From positions 672,001 through 736,000 of the forward strand of contig CAVPLT010000004.1 of assembly GCA_963706325.1 (NCBI GenBank): a DNA stretch of 64,000 nt. Direction: 5' to 3'. Under the pieces are notes generated by a model, which saw nothing but the letters and a program-made list of their open reading frames with translations, made no database searches and was not told the DNA's origin. The stretch's first letter is position 1, and each line of letters begins with the position of its first letter. Shown here piece after piece: positions 10,124-20,262 of the stretch. This stretch comes from an uncultured Nitrospiraceae bacterium (GTDB taxonomy: Bacteria; Nitrospirota; Nitrospiria; Nitrospirales; Nitrospiraceae). The position numbers and the translations under genes are program-made.

Positions 10124-10195
10124 CATGCCGCGACTCTACGGAAGCCGCCGTGGTGAAGGACATTCCACGGAGGATGGGAACGGCTGTCCGAGTGG
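10124..10195. repeat. Repeat A, copy 1 (copy 2 at 13285-13356)
   Basis: Identical blocks CATGCCGCGACTCTACG and AAGGACATTCCACGGAGGATGGGAAC. Confidence 0.85.
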
Positions 10196-10342
10196 TGAAG
10201 GCGAGGCGAGCGATCGTTGGCCTACCATGGGACCTTCCTCGACTTAACCCTACTGAAGTCCCCCTGGTACAGTCTCAGCCTGCAATGGGCTGGGCGGGTA
10301 CGGGGCTTCCCCTAGTGGTGGGGTCTTATCGTGTGCTGTAGC

Positions 10343-10576
10343 ATGGCACCTATGTTGGCGAAGTTCTTCAAAGCTTTCCTGGAGAAGTACACCTGTGCAG
10401 TATGCCGTCGATATCAGGCGACGCATGGGCTCCTGTGCGTCGAATGCCACTTAGACGAACGGCTATCGCTACGCGCTGGTGTCAGGTCTTCCCAGTCCAT
10501 CAACGGTGAGATGGACGGGGTCCTACCGACATTCGACTTGCCTACCAGCCACTCCACATTTGTTCAGAGCCACTGA
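10343..10576 (+). CDS. Possible small two-CxxC protein
   Basis: CAVC...CVEC; weak support. Confidence 0.3.
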   Translation: MAPMLAKFFKAFLEKYTCAVCRRYQATHGLLCVECHLDERLSLRAGVRSSQSINGEMDGVLPTFDLPTSHSTFVQSH

Positions 10577-10641
10577 TTTGCCAGGGTGTCTCCCCGTAGC
10601 GTCGAACCCTTCCGCTGCCCTCCGTAAGAGAAGGCTTAACC

Positions 10642-11049
10642 ATGCTGGGGTCTCACTACCCAACAAAACTGCTCATCATTGATGACGGCCCCGATGTCCG
10701 CAAACTACTTCGGATCATCCAGGGAGGAACCGATCTCGTCTGCACGGCTACGCCGGATACGGTCTTGGCCAGTAAAATCGCGGTGTGCGACCCGCCCCAT
10801 CTCATTCTGATGGATACAGCGTTGCGGACAGGGGATGGATTGCTCCTGCTCGACTGGTTATGTGCCAACATGCATACGAAGGATATTCCGATTATCGTCG
10901 CGACGGCACAAACGACTCCAGGATTCGATGCCTGGGTCCATGCGAAGAATAGCGTGAAAGTTCTTCAAAAGCCCTGCGCGAAGGACGTCTTGCTCGATCT
11001 GCTCCAGCAAGTGCTGGAAAAACAGGTCCGGATTAGCGGCGCATCCTAG
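10642..11049 (+). CDS. Single-domain response regulator (REC)
   Basis: LLIIDD...PHLILMD...IPIIVATA...LQKP. Confidence 0.85.
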   Translation: MLGSHYPTKLLIIDDGPDVRKLLRIIQGGTDLVCTATPDTVLASKIAVCDPPHLILMDTALRTGDGLLLLDWLCANMHTKDIPIIVATAQTTPGFDAWVHAKNSVKVLQKPCAKDVLLDLLQQVLEKQVRISGAS

Positions 11050-11250
11050 TGTGTTGTCCGCTATTTTGACGGGCCATCGATCTGCTGCCCGGCTACGAAC
11101 TCACGCGGGGGTTCCGGCGGACGGCATGACTATTTGTCCCTTCTCCCAGCCACAAGGTGATGGTTATTCCGCTCTTCGGCCATTCATGTCGTTTAAGTCG
11201 CCACTCCCGTTCAGCAGATGTGGGGAAGACTCAACCGCGCCACTGATTCG

Positions 11251-11315
11251 CCGACTTCTCTCGTCTCATTCGTTTCTTTCGTAAAGAGGAGCGGGACAGG
11301 CGGCCGGGGGATCCG
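11251..11315. repeat. Repeat B, copy 1 (copy 2 at 14011-14075)
   Basis: CCGAsTTCTyTCGTyTmATTCGTTTmTTTCGTAArGAGGAGCrGGAC...CGGCCGGGGGATCCG shared by both copies. Confidence 0.85.
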
Positions 11316-11484
11316 ACCGCCGAGGATCTCGAAGGGACCTCTAGCCGCGTCAGCTTTAGGTCGGTCACTGCCGGCGACGAATGACTAGCACTTCTTGCAT
11401 AACGGGGATCAGGGATATCCGGAGTAGACCCGCTTCCGGCGCTGGATGGTGACATGCCAACAGTGCGTATGCGAGGCGTCGTGG

Positions 11485-11868
11485 TCAACGCGGCGGATAT
11501 TGAGCATGGGCAGCCTCGCTGATTGTTTGGGTGACATACCGCTCCAAATGCGCCGCTTCGCCCGGCTGGACGAGGACCAGACGCAGGCCACACTCGAGCC
11601 CTCGCGTCCAACAGACCGAGGCCACCTTGACGAGTATCGCGCTGCTTAACCCCGGCAAGACGATCAGAAGTTCCACCACGGTCCCCCGCTGCAGAACCAC
11701 GTTCGCATCGATCCGACAGCCGTCGCGGGACAGATTCCAGAGATGCCCCGTACCCAGCAGCTGATCATTGTGAAAATAGACGGCACACTGCACTGGCAGT
11801 CGCTGATAGGTCCGAAGCTGAAAGGTTGAGGGGCGCATGGTCGGCCAGGTTGCGTGGGCGTGCGTCAT
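11485..11868 (-). CDS. PilZ-domain protein
   Basis: RTYQR (RxxxR) and NLSRDG (D/NxSxxG) motifs. Confidence 0.9.
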   Translation of the reverse strand: MTHAHATWPTMRPSTFQLRTYQRLPVQCAVYFHNDQLLGTGHLWNLSRDGCRIDANVVLQRGTVVELLIVLPGLSSAILVKVASVCWTRGLECGLRLVLVQPGEAAHLERYVTQTISEAAHAQYPPR

Positions 11869-11919
11869 AGGACATCCTCCTAGAGAGAGGCAGCGGGTCG
11901 TGCGTGCTGCCCAGGCGCA

Positions 11920-12267
11920 TCACCCGCTTTCGACCATGCGGTTTGGTAGATGGAGCCATGCGGCCATGTGATGCTGCCAGTTGGCACGGGTGAGATGGTA
12001 CCGATGACATTCCTGAAGGACCGTGGGGATGTCCAGACGATTCAAGAGCGTCGCAACTTCATGGACAGTGGGATTGCGATCTACGAGCAAGGCCTGCTCG
12101 ATCTGGATCTCTTTTTCAGGAGTTTCGTCATAGGGCATGATGGTGAAGAGATGGTCCTTCCCCTCGACTTGGCGAGACAGAATGGCGGCATGTGGGAATC
12201 GCCTCACCAAATGCCAGATGACGGCTTTCACTTTGGCCTCAACACGCCTGGCTGTCTCGTGTTCCAT
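11920..12267 (-). CDS. Hypothetical protein
   Basis: GAGGAGG RBS; co-oriented between PilZ genes. Confidence 0.6.
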   Translation of the reverse strand: MEHETARRVEAKVKAVIWHLVRRFPHAAILSRQVEGKDHLFTIMPYDETPEKEIQIEQALLVDRNPTVHEVATLLNRLDIPTVLQECHRYHLTRANWQHHMAAWLHLPNRMVESG

Positions 12268-12332
12268 TTCTCGTCGTCCTCCTCAGTGGACACATGTACC
12301 TGCACGACGATCGGACTCTCGATCCCAGGGGC

Positions 12333-12689
12333 CTAAAAACCTACGCACAGCGGCGTTTCCCCCCAACTGGAACTGAGCCGCGCTCGCTTCTCAATATGAC
12401 CAACATAAAAACGAAGCCTCAGTTGATCGTCCCCAGCCATGCGGATGAATTCAATACCCGCCTTGCCATCCTGGGCCCATCGCACAATTCCAAGGTCGAT
12501 GCGCATGGGCCGGTGCTTGTCCAGGTACACCCGAAGTTGGACGGGTTGCCCGCTTTCCAACAGGACTGCCGTCTCTATCAGACAACCGGGTACCGTCAAA
12601 TCTAAAATCTGCCCTTCTCCAACGCGTGCGCCGCAGGACAGCGTTGCCTTACACGTCGTCTTCTTCCGATCACTGTAGCGTGTCTTCAC
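12333..12689 (-). CDS. PilZ-domain protein
   Basis: RYSDR, DLTVPG, VRW...AGIEF; GGAGG RBS with GTG start. Confidence 0.9.
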   Translation of the reverse strand: MKTRYSDRKKTTCKATLSCGARVGEGQILDLTVPGCLIETAVLLESGQPVQLRVYLDKHRPMRIDLGIVRWAQDGKAGIEFIRMAGDDQLRLRFYVGHIEKRARLSSSWGETPLCVGF

Positions 12690-12829
12690 ACAGGCCTCCT
12701 TGTGTCGGTGTCGTGTGGTGCATGTTTTAAGCGTAGCCGGGGAAGGCTGGTCTGCCTATGCCACGGAGGACGGAGGGCGAGGGACTACGGAGGGAGGGGG
12801 AGGAGTGCCGAGCACTTTCGGATAAAGGT

Positions 12830-12991
12830 TCAGCGGGTGGCTTGATCCTCCTGCTGATCGAGCTGTCCAAGCCCTCGATCGACTGCACTCCACCGCGTGC
12901 TCAGCGGATGGGGGGTACGAACCCAGACCGCCAAGACGAACACCATGGCCACCATGATGCCGAGCAAGAGCGCACTGCCCAGGTGTCTCAT
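12830..12991 (-). CDS. 53-aa single-pass membrane protein
   Basis: MRHLGSALLLGIMVAMVFVLAVWVRTPHP...; ATGA overlap with the upstream PilZ-like gene. Confidence 0.5.
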   Translation of the reverse strand: MRHLGSALLLGIMVAMVFVLAVWVRTPHPLSTRWSAVDRGLGQLDQQEDQATR

Positions 12992-13287
12992 AGGTTCACC
13001 CTTTCTTCATTCATGGAGAGAGCATGGTGGATGAGTTCAACCCCGAACTCCGACTCACGAGCCCACGTGACGAGGCCCTCCATTCGATTCCGTGTCGTGC
13101 TGGGCACCTGCAGAGACAGCACCACCACCATGCCGGGACTCGCAAGAAGATGGCTTTGGACGAGGCACCGGCTGGGAGAGAGCTCCCACACCCAGCCGGA
13201 TGCGATCACGCCCTCCTGGCACAGACAGACCGTGCAGGAGATGGGAAGATCGGTCAGATCTGTTGGGCAATAATGTGAAGTTTGCAT
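12988..13287 (-). CDS. Degenerate PilZ-like protein
   Basis: GWVWELS...PGMVVVLSL...VTWARESEFGVEL; RxxxR motif absent. Confidence 0.7.
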   Translation of the reverse strand: MQTSHYCPTDLTDLPISCTVCLCQEGVIASGWVWELSPSRCLVQSHLLASPGMVVVLSLQVPSTTRNRMEGLVTWARESEFGVELIHHALSMNEERVNL

Positions 13288-13356
13288 GCCGCGACTCTAC
13301 GAGCGCCGCCCTCGAAAAGGACATTCCACGGAGGATGGGAACATGGGTACGAGTGG
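13285..13356. repeat. Repeat A, copy 2
   Basis: Shares the 17-bp and 26-bp identical blocks with 10124-10195. Confidence 0.85.
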
Positions 13357-13505
13357 GAGGCGAACCGCTCAACTCATCAGCGAAAGCGCGCTGCGTCTCC
13401 TGGCGAAAGGCGGTTGGGATGGAGCGGAGGCCCCAGAGGCGAACGGCCAGGGTCATAATAGAGCTGGCCGCTAGACACGGTTCCCGGTATACCGTCCACG
13501 CGCGT

Positions 13506-13898
13506 ATGGTGCACATTTTACTCATTGAGGATACTGAGGCCGTGCGGGGGCTATTTCGTGCGATCTTGGAACAGGCCGGCTATGTGGTGCGTGAAGCGTC
13601 AACGGGGTCAGAGGGAATTCGTCACTTTCATGAGAATCCGTCGGATGTCGTGATCACTGATATGTACATGCCGAACGGCGACGGCTTCGACGTCATAGGC
13701 GCCTTGCGACGTGAAGACCCTGCGCCGAAAATCATCGTGATGTCTGGGCAATCGAGCAAGGGGGAGATACTCAGCGCGGCCAAGCTGATGGGGGCCGACC
13801 TGATCTTAGCCAAGCCGGTGCCCATGGACGAGCTGTTGAACGCGGTCGAGACGGTCTTGGGGCAGGTTCAGGCGAGAAGACCTTCTATCGGTGAATGA
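13506..13898 (+). CDS. Single-domain response regulator, paralog of 8728..9234
   Basis: MVHILLIED...VRGLFRAILE...DVVITDMYMPNGDG. Confidence 0.9.
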   Translation: MVHILLIEDTEAVRGLFRAILEQAGYVVREASTGSEGIRHFHENPSDVVITDMYMPNGDGFDVIGALRREDPAPKIIVMSGQSSKGEILSAAKLMGADLILAKPVPMDELLNAVETVLGQVQARRPSIGE

Positions 13899-14010
13899 GA
13901 GGGAGTCGTCGGCACAGTGTCTGTCAGGCGACGGGCCGGCCACGGATCCGGACGGGATGGGGGATTTCAATATGCGAAGGCCGGGGGCCTTTTTATACCC
14001 ACACGGCAGA

Positions 14011-14075
14011 CCGAGTTCTTTCGTTTAATTCGTTTATTTCGTAAGGAGGAGCAGGACCGCCGGCCGGGGGATCCG
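14011..14075. repeat. Repeat B, copy 2
   Basis: Aligns with 11251-11315; followed by GTCGT and TTCGC short tandem units up to about 14235. Confidence 0.85.
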
Positions 14076-14543
14076 GACTGACGAGCAAGTCGACAGGCGA
14101 AGGCCGGGGGTCTGAATCGTACATAGGTCGTATATGTCGTTTATGTCGTCTACCCATTGGCAGAATGGGAGAACGCCTCCCGAGCTTTCGAGACGAAGGT
14201 CAGGGGGGCTTATTTCGCTAATTCGCTTTTTTCGCCAGTAGACGCAGCACACGAGGTTGCCGTGGAGATGTGTGTAGCTAGGCCAGGGGTTCCCTTTTTG
14301 CCATGGTGGCCCCGCCGACAAACCGGGGGGTCTTTCCTGCCAGGGAGAGCCGAAAATCTCCCCTCCATCGTTCCGGTTTTCGTCACGGTTGCGGCTAGGG
14401 GATTCCCTGGTTTCTGCTCACGCAGCTCCCCCCGGTGTCATGCTGTAGTCTCCTGTATCCGATCGTCACTATAACCACTGGAATCACTGGCCTCTAGGTA
14501 CGTGGCGTGTCGCCCTGTATCTCATGGCTGAATATTCTAATGG

Positions 14544-14592
<49 letters not shown>

Positions 14593-15197
14593 CTACTTGA
14601 CAGACTGCATGAAATGCATGTGATAGTCGTGAGTACATACCTCACACCACCTCTGACCCTTTCTCCATCATGACTTTTCCCAAGCTCCGGCATGGCTTGC
14701 GCGGGTGTGAAGAGTCTCTTCCTACCTATCCAATATTTTTCCCCAAGCCATGTTAGTGGGCCCAATAGCGTCGACGGAGCCTCCTATGCTTAAGATGAGG
14801 TGCCCTCTCACCGATGAATTTCCGTCCGTTGGATGAAATTCAGCGGTACTTTCACTACCCCTCTATTCCGCTTCGAGTCAGTCATCTCGCCTACTGTTTT
14901 CCGGCGAGGGTGGGAACTGCCAAGGCTGGCTTTGCACGATGGTGGCCACGTGCAAAGCCAGAGAATGATCCCATTGGCTTTTTCCCAATCTGCTGCGCTG
15001 ATCAAGCACCTCATAATGGTTGTGTTAATAGGAAGTGTTCGCGGCCCTAGGTCTTCTCCTAGGATCGAGGAATGTTCCAAGACGATACAATGTCACTCGC
15101 CGATGCGCAGACCTACAATGGTGTGCCTGTGCGCTTTCGGAACAAAGAGCATTTAAGATCACGTATCAATGGGACGGGCACTATTTAAAGGGGGACT

Positions 15198-16020
15198 ATG
15201 GGAATGGACATGATTGCTCTGAGAGGAACTCCTTGCCAGGGGACTGCGAAAAAAAAAACGTCTCTCTATCCGAGCCATCACGGTTCACTTGGCCCTATGT
15301 ACCCTCCTATTCGGGAGCATTGCTCCATGGGTGTCGGCTGCGGGTGAGGACGATGTGCGAGAGTCGGCCCGCCTGTTGGCGGTATTATTGGATTCTGGCC
15401 GGGTGGCGATTGGCCAAAACCAGGAATTGATCAATGACCCCGGAAAAGGGGACAAAGGTTTCACCCCAGAAGTGTTTGCGGAACAGACGATCGCCTTATT
15501 TAAAAATCGAACCGGGCATGATTTGAAAAATCTTCAGACCGCTCACATACCCACCATGGCTAAGCCATTGCTCAAAAGGCTCTTGGAGGAAAGTAAGCAA
15601 ACCGTGGCGACGTATCAAACCGTCATCAACATGAAAGGAATCAAGTACAAAGGATTGATACCAGCGACGTTCGGTACCGAGACAGGAGCCCGATTCCAAC
15701 TCTGGTCCGGCCTTTACCTCAAGCAGACCGCACCCGATCATCTTCTTCGTAACAGTAAGAACAAAGCGGATGAGTTTGAGCTAGCCGCAATGCACCGAGT
15801 GGGAAATTCAGAGTTTTCTGGCGAGGGAGATCAGATCTTAAGCGAAGTAGCGGAAGGTGGAAAGTCTCTACGTGTTCTTCTCCCTTTGTTTTATAACAAA
15901 GCCTGTTTGAGCTGCCATGGTGAGCCCAAGGGCGAGCGAGATGTGACCGGGTATCCCAGGGAAGGCGCGCAAGAAGGAAACTTGGGAGGGGCCATTAGCG
16001 TGAAACTTCCTTTGCCATGA
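15198..16020 (+). CDS. DUF3365/Tll0287-like c-type heme protein, signal region out of frame at an A10 tract
   Basis: CLSCH heme motif and LGGAISV. The RBS-preceded ATG at 15198 is in frame only if A10 (15249-15258) is A9. Confidence 0.8.
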
Positions 16021-16114
16021 GGCGAGCAGAATGAACCACCCGGCGTTTAACCTGCCTGCGTCCGTAGCGCACAGTGCTAATGCGCCTGCCATGCCTCGAG
16101 CCCTGTGAACTGCA

Positions 16115-16306
16115 TTATTGCAGTGCCTCATCAAAATAGTCAGGAGCGAAGGTCGTCCCACAACTATTGCAATGCCACTCGGGGCCTCGTGGAGTGACTC
16201 TATGCCCAGGGATTTGGGGAATAATCAAGCGTCTTTCGGGCACAACCTGCTTGTGGCAATGGGGACAATAATATGGCGGCACGGGTGTAGGGCCTTGTCG
16301 TACCAT
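16115..16306 (-). CDS. Small zinc-ribbon protein
   Basis: CPHC...WHCNSCG; AAGGAG upstream. Confidence 0.55.
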   Translation of the reverse strand: MVRQGPTPVPPYYCPHCHKQVVPERRLIIPQIPGHRVTPRGPEWHCNSCGTTFAPDYFDEALQ

Positions 16307-16519
16307 CTGATTACGGCCGCTCCTTCCAGACGAGATTACCGAACTGACTATCTCGCCGTCCTTTTTCTACGTCCAGAAAATTCTTGAAACAGGAATGGGC
16401 TGCATCATATCCCATGCGCTACTCTCGTCAGCGCAAGTCCCGCTTGGGCCAATGAAAGACTCAACAGTCCTGAGTTGGAACAATGAGCAACAGCCCTGCA
16501 GCTGCAAAGTGATCCACGC

Positions 16520-16645
16520 TTTGGACAGGAAGACCACCAACGTGCCCAGAGTCATGAGACCTATCGTCACGATAAGCGCACGGCGTCTGCATACGCGCAG
16601 TCTTGCCACAACGCACGTTTTCACGTATAAAGGCCGACCGCTAGA
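16520..16645 (+). pseudogene. Relic of a tyrosine integrase
   Basis: KTTNVPRV...RSLATTHVFTYKGRPL resembles TKNGETRTL...RRLDTQRVFLYNEKPI of the integrase at 23.4 kb. Confidence 0.45.
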
Positions 16646-16734
16646 GCGGGAGAGCAGGTCCTTTGAGAGGGAAGAGGGGAAATGAGAAGGGAGTAAAAAG
16701 GACGAGAAAGTATGAGTTGTGTATGATAGGTCGT

Positions 16735-17298
16735 ATGACCAGAGCAGCGCCAACGCAGTCTCCGCAGGATGAAAAACTACGCGAACTTATTGTTTATATT
16801 TCATGGCGCAGTAGGAAGGACCCGAACTTCGGCGCAATAAAACTTAATAAATTACTGTTTTTTGCAGACACGGCAGCCTATCGAGAATTGGGTAAATCTA
16901 TTACGGGAAGCGAATATCAACATCTGCCGGAAGGTCCATGCCCTCGGCGCATCCTGCCAGCAAGAGAACACTTGCTGAGTCAGACACCACGAGCTATCGA
17001 GTTGGCTTATCAGCAAACAGCTATCGGCAACCGACTGCACCGCATCATTCCTAAGCGAAAGCCCTATAGCATTTTTTCAAGGCCAGAAAGAGACATTGTT
17101 GACCGAATTGTAAAACACTTTGAAAGCTACACTGGCACACAACTCAGCGATCTATCGCACAAGGAACTTGGCTGGAGATTTACCACCGATTATCAAACTA
17201 TCCATCTTCGGACGTCTTGGCTGTCTCCTGAGCCTTTGACTGAAGAGCAGATACAGGTAGGCCAGCAATTAGCTCGAAAGCATGGACGTACCGTCTAA
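16735..17298 (+). CDS. Panacea-domain (DUF4065/SocA-like) antitoxin
   Basis: KLRELIVYI...KLNKLLFFAD..AYRELGKSITGSEY..LPEGPCP...LSDLSH..GW. Confidence 0.9.
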   Translation: MTRAAPTQSPQDEKLRELIVYISWRSRKDPNFGAIKLNKLLFFADTAAYRELGKSITGSEYQHLPEGPCPRRILPAREHLLSQTPRAIELAYQQTAIGNRLHRIIPKRKPYSIFSRPERDIVDRIVKHFESYTGTQLSDLSHKELGWRFTTDYQTIHLRTSWLSPEPLTEEQIQVGQQLARKHGRTV

Positions 17299-17542
17299 AT
17301 CGTATCAGCTCATCGACTCAAAAGAGTATTGCAAGGCGGCGAGGCAGCTTTATTCGCCTTTCAAGATTCGAGATGATATTCATGACCTATTCCTGCGGGA
17401 TTTTTCGGGCAATCTCAGTGAATGCCAGCAGGTGCCAGGAACCTCACTGTATGCTATTCCATTGCGGACTGTGTCACCGCTGACGATATACTTTACAATG
17501 AACGGGAATATCATCGAATTGATAGACGTGGAGCCGATTTAG
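17282..17542 (+). CDS. Putative toxin, possibly RelE/ParE-like fold
   Basis: 86 aa, overlaps the antitoxin stop; beta-helix-helix-beta layout ending LTIYFTMNGNIIELIDV. Confidence 0.65.
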   Translation: MDVPSKSYQLIDSKEYCKAARQLYSPFKIRDDIHDLFLRDFSGNLSECQQVPGTSLYAIPLRTVSPLTIYFTMNGNIIELIDVEPI

Positions 17543-17684
17543 TGAAGGAATAAGCATCGCAAATTCTACACCCTAGCTTGATAGACACATCCGTTCCGAA
17601 GTCAGCCATCACTAACCCTTCCCTTAAGCCTACTAAAAAGGGAAAGAAGCAGAATGCCTTTCATCCACGTTAAAGACTTTTATA

Positions 17685-17924
17685 TCAACGTGGATCTGCC
17701 CCTTGTTTGTCCACATATTTAAGGTTCGTCGCTCTCGCCACTTCCTCGGCCTCTGCTTTAGTGGGCAGTGTGCGATTGGAATTGCCCGCCGTGGGATGCA
17801 CGATCTCTCTTTCAGCGACCGACACCGTCACCTTGCCATGGGGCACCCATCCACCTTCGGCTCGCTCCGTAGCCCAAACTTGGGCTCGATAACCTTTATA
17901 CCGGAAAGGGGTCTGTGCGCTCAT
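17685..17924 (-). CDS. Hypothetical small protein
   Basis: GGAGGTG RBS; YKGYRAQVWA...TKAEAEE...KYVD. Confidence 0.65.
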   Translation of the reverse strand: MSAQTPFRYKGYRAQVWATERAEGGWVPHGKVTVSVAEREIVHPTAGNSNRTLPTKAEAEEVARATNLKYVDKQGADPR

Positions 17925-18195
17925 TGGGGCACCTCCACTGACATTGGCTGGCCTAGGTTTCTCCTGGCCCCTCGATACCAGTCGCCAACTTGTTTGCATT
18001 AGATTGTCGACTGTCCACCTACCTCAGAACACCCGGCACGACGAAGGAGCAGCAAAAGGGGAAGATCCGTGATGACTAAGCTCATCACGGGTCATGGAGT
18101 GTCAGGCCATTAAGGCACCAGCTTGGCACCATGTGCCAAACTGAGCGCTAGCGTCCTCCTTTAGTCGCCGCGTCGGCATGCAAGACAGTCATCGC

Positions 18196-18608
18196 TCATC
18201 GCCCGCTGAGGGACTGCTTTTCTCGGAGCCTATGGAGCTGCACGCCGAGGCGCACGGCATTCAGCAATCGCTACTTTGACACCGGCTTGATGAGATAGTC
18301 GCAGACGCCTGGTTTGCGAGAATTTCGTTGAGGAGACAATCCGAGTCGGCCGTCAGGATTAGGAAAGGGATGGTGGGGTAGTGGGTTCGAAGGTGCGCGA
18401 TCACCTCTGCTCCGTTGATTTTCGGCATTTGGAGGTCACAGATGATCGTCGCAATGTCCGCCGTCGGGCCGGAGCTCTTCATCCTGGCAATAGCGTCCTC
18501 ACCATCGGAAGCCTCCACGACGCGATACCCGGCCTTCGTCAGCATGAAGTGAACCGCATTCCGGATGTCGGGATCGTCATCGACGATCATCACCGTCGCG
18601 GCTTCCAT
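18196..18608 (-). pseudogene. Response regulator pseudogene
   Basis: REC motifs (VMIVDDD, ICDLQMP); frameshift before VCDYLIKP and an in-frame TAG after it. Confidence 0.8.
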
Positions 18609-18741
18609 CAGATATACCTCTTTACAAACGGCTTTGTTGATTCGTCGTCATACCCTCCGATCCGTTCGCGTCGCTCTTCGGTTGTTGTCACCTAGTCTCC
18701 TAACGAGGCACTGATGCCCGCCTTTCAGTATGCCGGTCGGT

Positions 18742-19029
18742 TTAGGGGTGCGTGATAAATGCCAATGTTCTCGTGTCTTTTTGCGGCGATATCGCCCCTT
18801 TTGTGCTGGAGTCCTTTTGTTTCTGCGAAAGCTTCCGCTCACACTCGCGAATCACTTCACTCACCTGTATCTTTTTCCTCAAGGAGAGTTTTTCAAAGTT
18901 CGTGGGCGTGAACACTTCGCAAGGATTGCCTACTGAGAATGCTGACTGCGCATCCATCGCTAGTATCACGCTAAAGATAAGGAAAGGTTTTATGGAGATC
19001 CAATGAAGGTGTCGTTGAGAGGTAGTCAT
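18742..19029 (-). CDS. Putative exported small protein
   Basis: GGAGG RBS, hydrophobic N-region, two Cys. Confidence 0.5.
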   Translation of the reverse strand: MTTSQRHLHWISIKPFLIFSVILAMDAQSAFSVGNPCEVFTPTNFEKLSLRKKIQVSEVIRECERKLSQKQKDSSTKGAISPQKDTRTLAFITHP

Positions 19030-19634
19030 AATGACCTCCAAGAGATGCCTAAATGAGAGGGACTAAGTTCATCAGATGTTCAAAATTTATGCATCGGCAT
19101 GGCCGATGATCGATTTCTTGAGCCCGGCTGTAGGGAAGAGGGATACGAAGGGGGAACTTCCGACTGACGCTCGTCCGTTCGCAGTGGCGGTGGCTTACTC
19201 GATCGACACGATCACGGAGGCACTTCCCAATGTGTCGTGTGACTGAACCCACACGCATGAGCGACATCTCCTCTTAGCGATTCGTGATCGAGAGCGCCGT
19301 GCACCATAGACGCATGCACGTTGGGAAAGTAACAGAAGCAAACGATCACCATAAGTAGACTCTACCCACTGCTTTACATGACGACCTGATCATCTCGATA
19401 CGTGCAAGTTAGCGACCTGCCGCGAACTCTCCAGGCGGGATCAGATAGAAAAGCATGAGATCGTTGAGAATCCTGCCCCCTATATAGAAAATACGGCACC
19501 GGACTCACGTGAATCTAAAAAGATACTTCTCGTATCTCATCAGATACCAAACTCCTGATGAGGAAGGCAGCAAGATTCACGGCAGGGCGAGCTAAGCCTG
19601 TGCTGAGTGTAGGTTCCGATTTAAGCGTGCCGCA

Positions 19635-19650
19635 TGGTACAGGGTTTGCT
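19635..19650 (+). promoter_or_regulatory. Sigma54 (-24/-12) promoter
   Basis: TGGTAC-AGGGT-TTGCT, one mismatch to TGGCAC-N5-TTGCW. Confidence 0.7.
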
Positions 19651-19690
19651 TTGTACCTATCGCATCAGTCAATGCGAAAGGAAGAATGAA

Positions 19691-19768
19691 ATGCATGCCA
19701 TGGTGACCGTTTCACTCGTGACCCTGCTAGTCAGTGGGCTCGCCATCATGAACGTCTGGAGGTCCTGA
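19691..19768 (+). CDS. Putative 25-aa membrane peptide
   Basis: MHAMVTVSLVTLLVSGLAIMNVWRS; AAAGGAAG upstream; first ORF after the sigma54 promoter. Confidence 0.45.
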   Translation: MHAMVTVSLVTLLVSGLAIMNVWRS

Positions 19769-19875
19769 GACCGTTCGATACGTTCCAGGCCAACCGGTTC
19801 TCCTGCGATTCGCCACGCCAACCCTGAAGGAGGAGCGGTCCATGTCTCACCGAGGCGTCTGCCACACAACGTACC

Positions 19876-20250
19876 ATGCCGCGACTCTTAGTCGTCGAAG
19901 ATGATCCCGATCAATCTCGGATGCTCTGTGACCGTCTGAAGCTGTACGGCTATGCCGTGGGTTGTGCGAACGACGGCCCGGTAGCCTTGGAGATGCTTCA
20001 GACTGATTCCTTTAACGGTCTCCTGCTCGACCTGAACCTTCCCACCATGCCAGGACACCGTGTGCTGGGACAGGCCCGGCATGCCCGTCCCGATCTTCCC
20101 GTCCTCATCATGTCCGCTTCGCTGGGTAGGATTTGCACGCTGAAGGAAGCAGGGCCCACCGCGTGTACCTATCTCGTGAAGCCCTATAACAGTAGCGAAC
20201 TCAAACAAGCCTTGGTGAAGTCCTTCGGTCCGCGCCCGGAGGCGATATAA
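19876..20250 (+). CDS. Single-domain response regulator
   Basis: LLVVEDD...LLLDLNLP...VLIMSA...LVKPY. Confidence 0.9.
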   Translation: MPRLLVVEDDPDQSRMLCDRLKLYGYAVGCANDGPVALEMLQTDSFNGLLLDLNLPTMPGHRVLGQARHARPDLPVLIMSASLGRICTLKEAGPTACTYLVKPYNSSELKQALVKSFGPRPEAI

Positions 20251-20262
20251 CATTGAACACCA

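Noticed and set aside
13092..13505. N-terminal extension of the response regulator
   Set aside because: Overlaps the PilZ-like gene and repeat A; the REC domain begins at 13506
19874..19888. Third copy of repeat A (CCATGCCGCGACTCT)
   Set aside because: Only 15 bp, explained as the MPRL start of a response regulator, and the 26-bp block is absent
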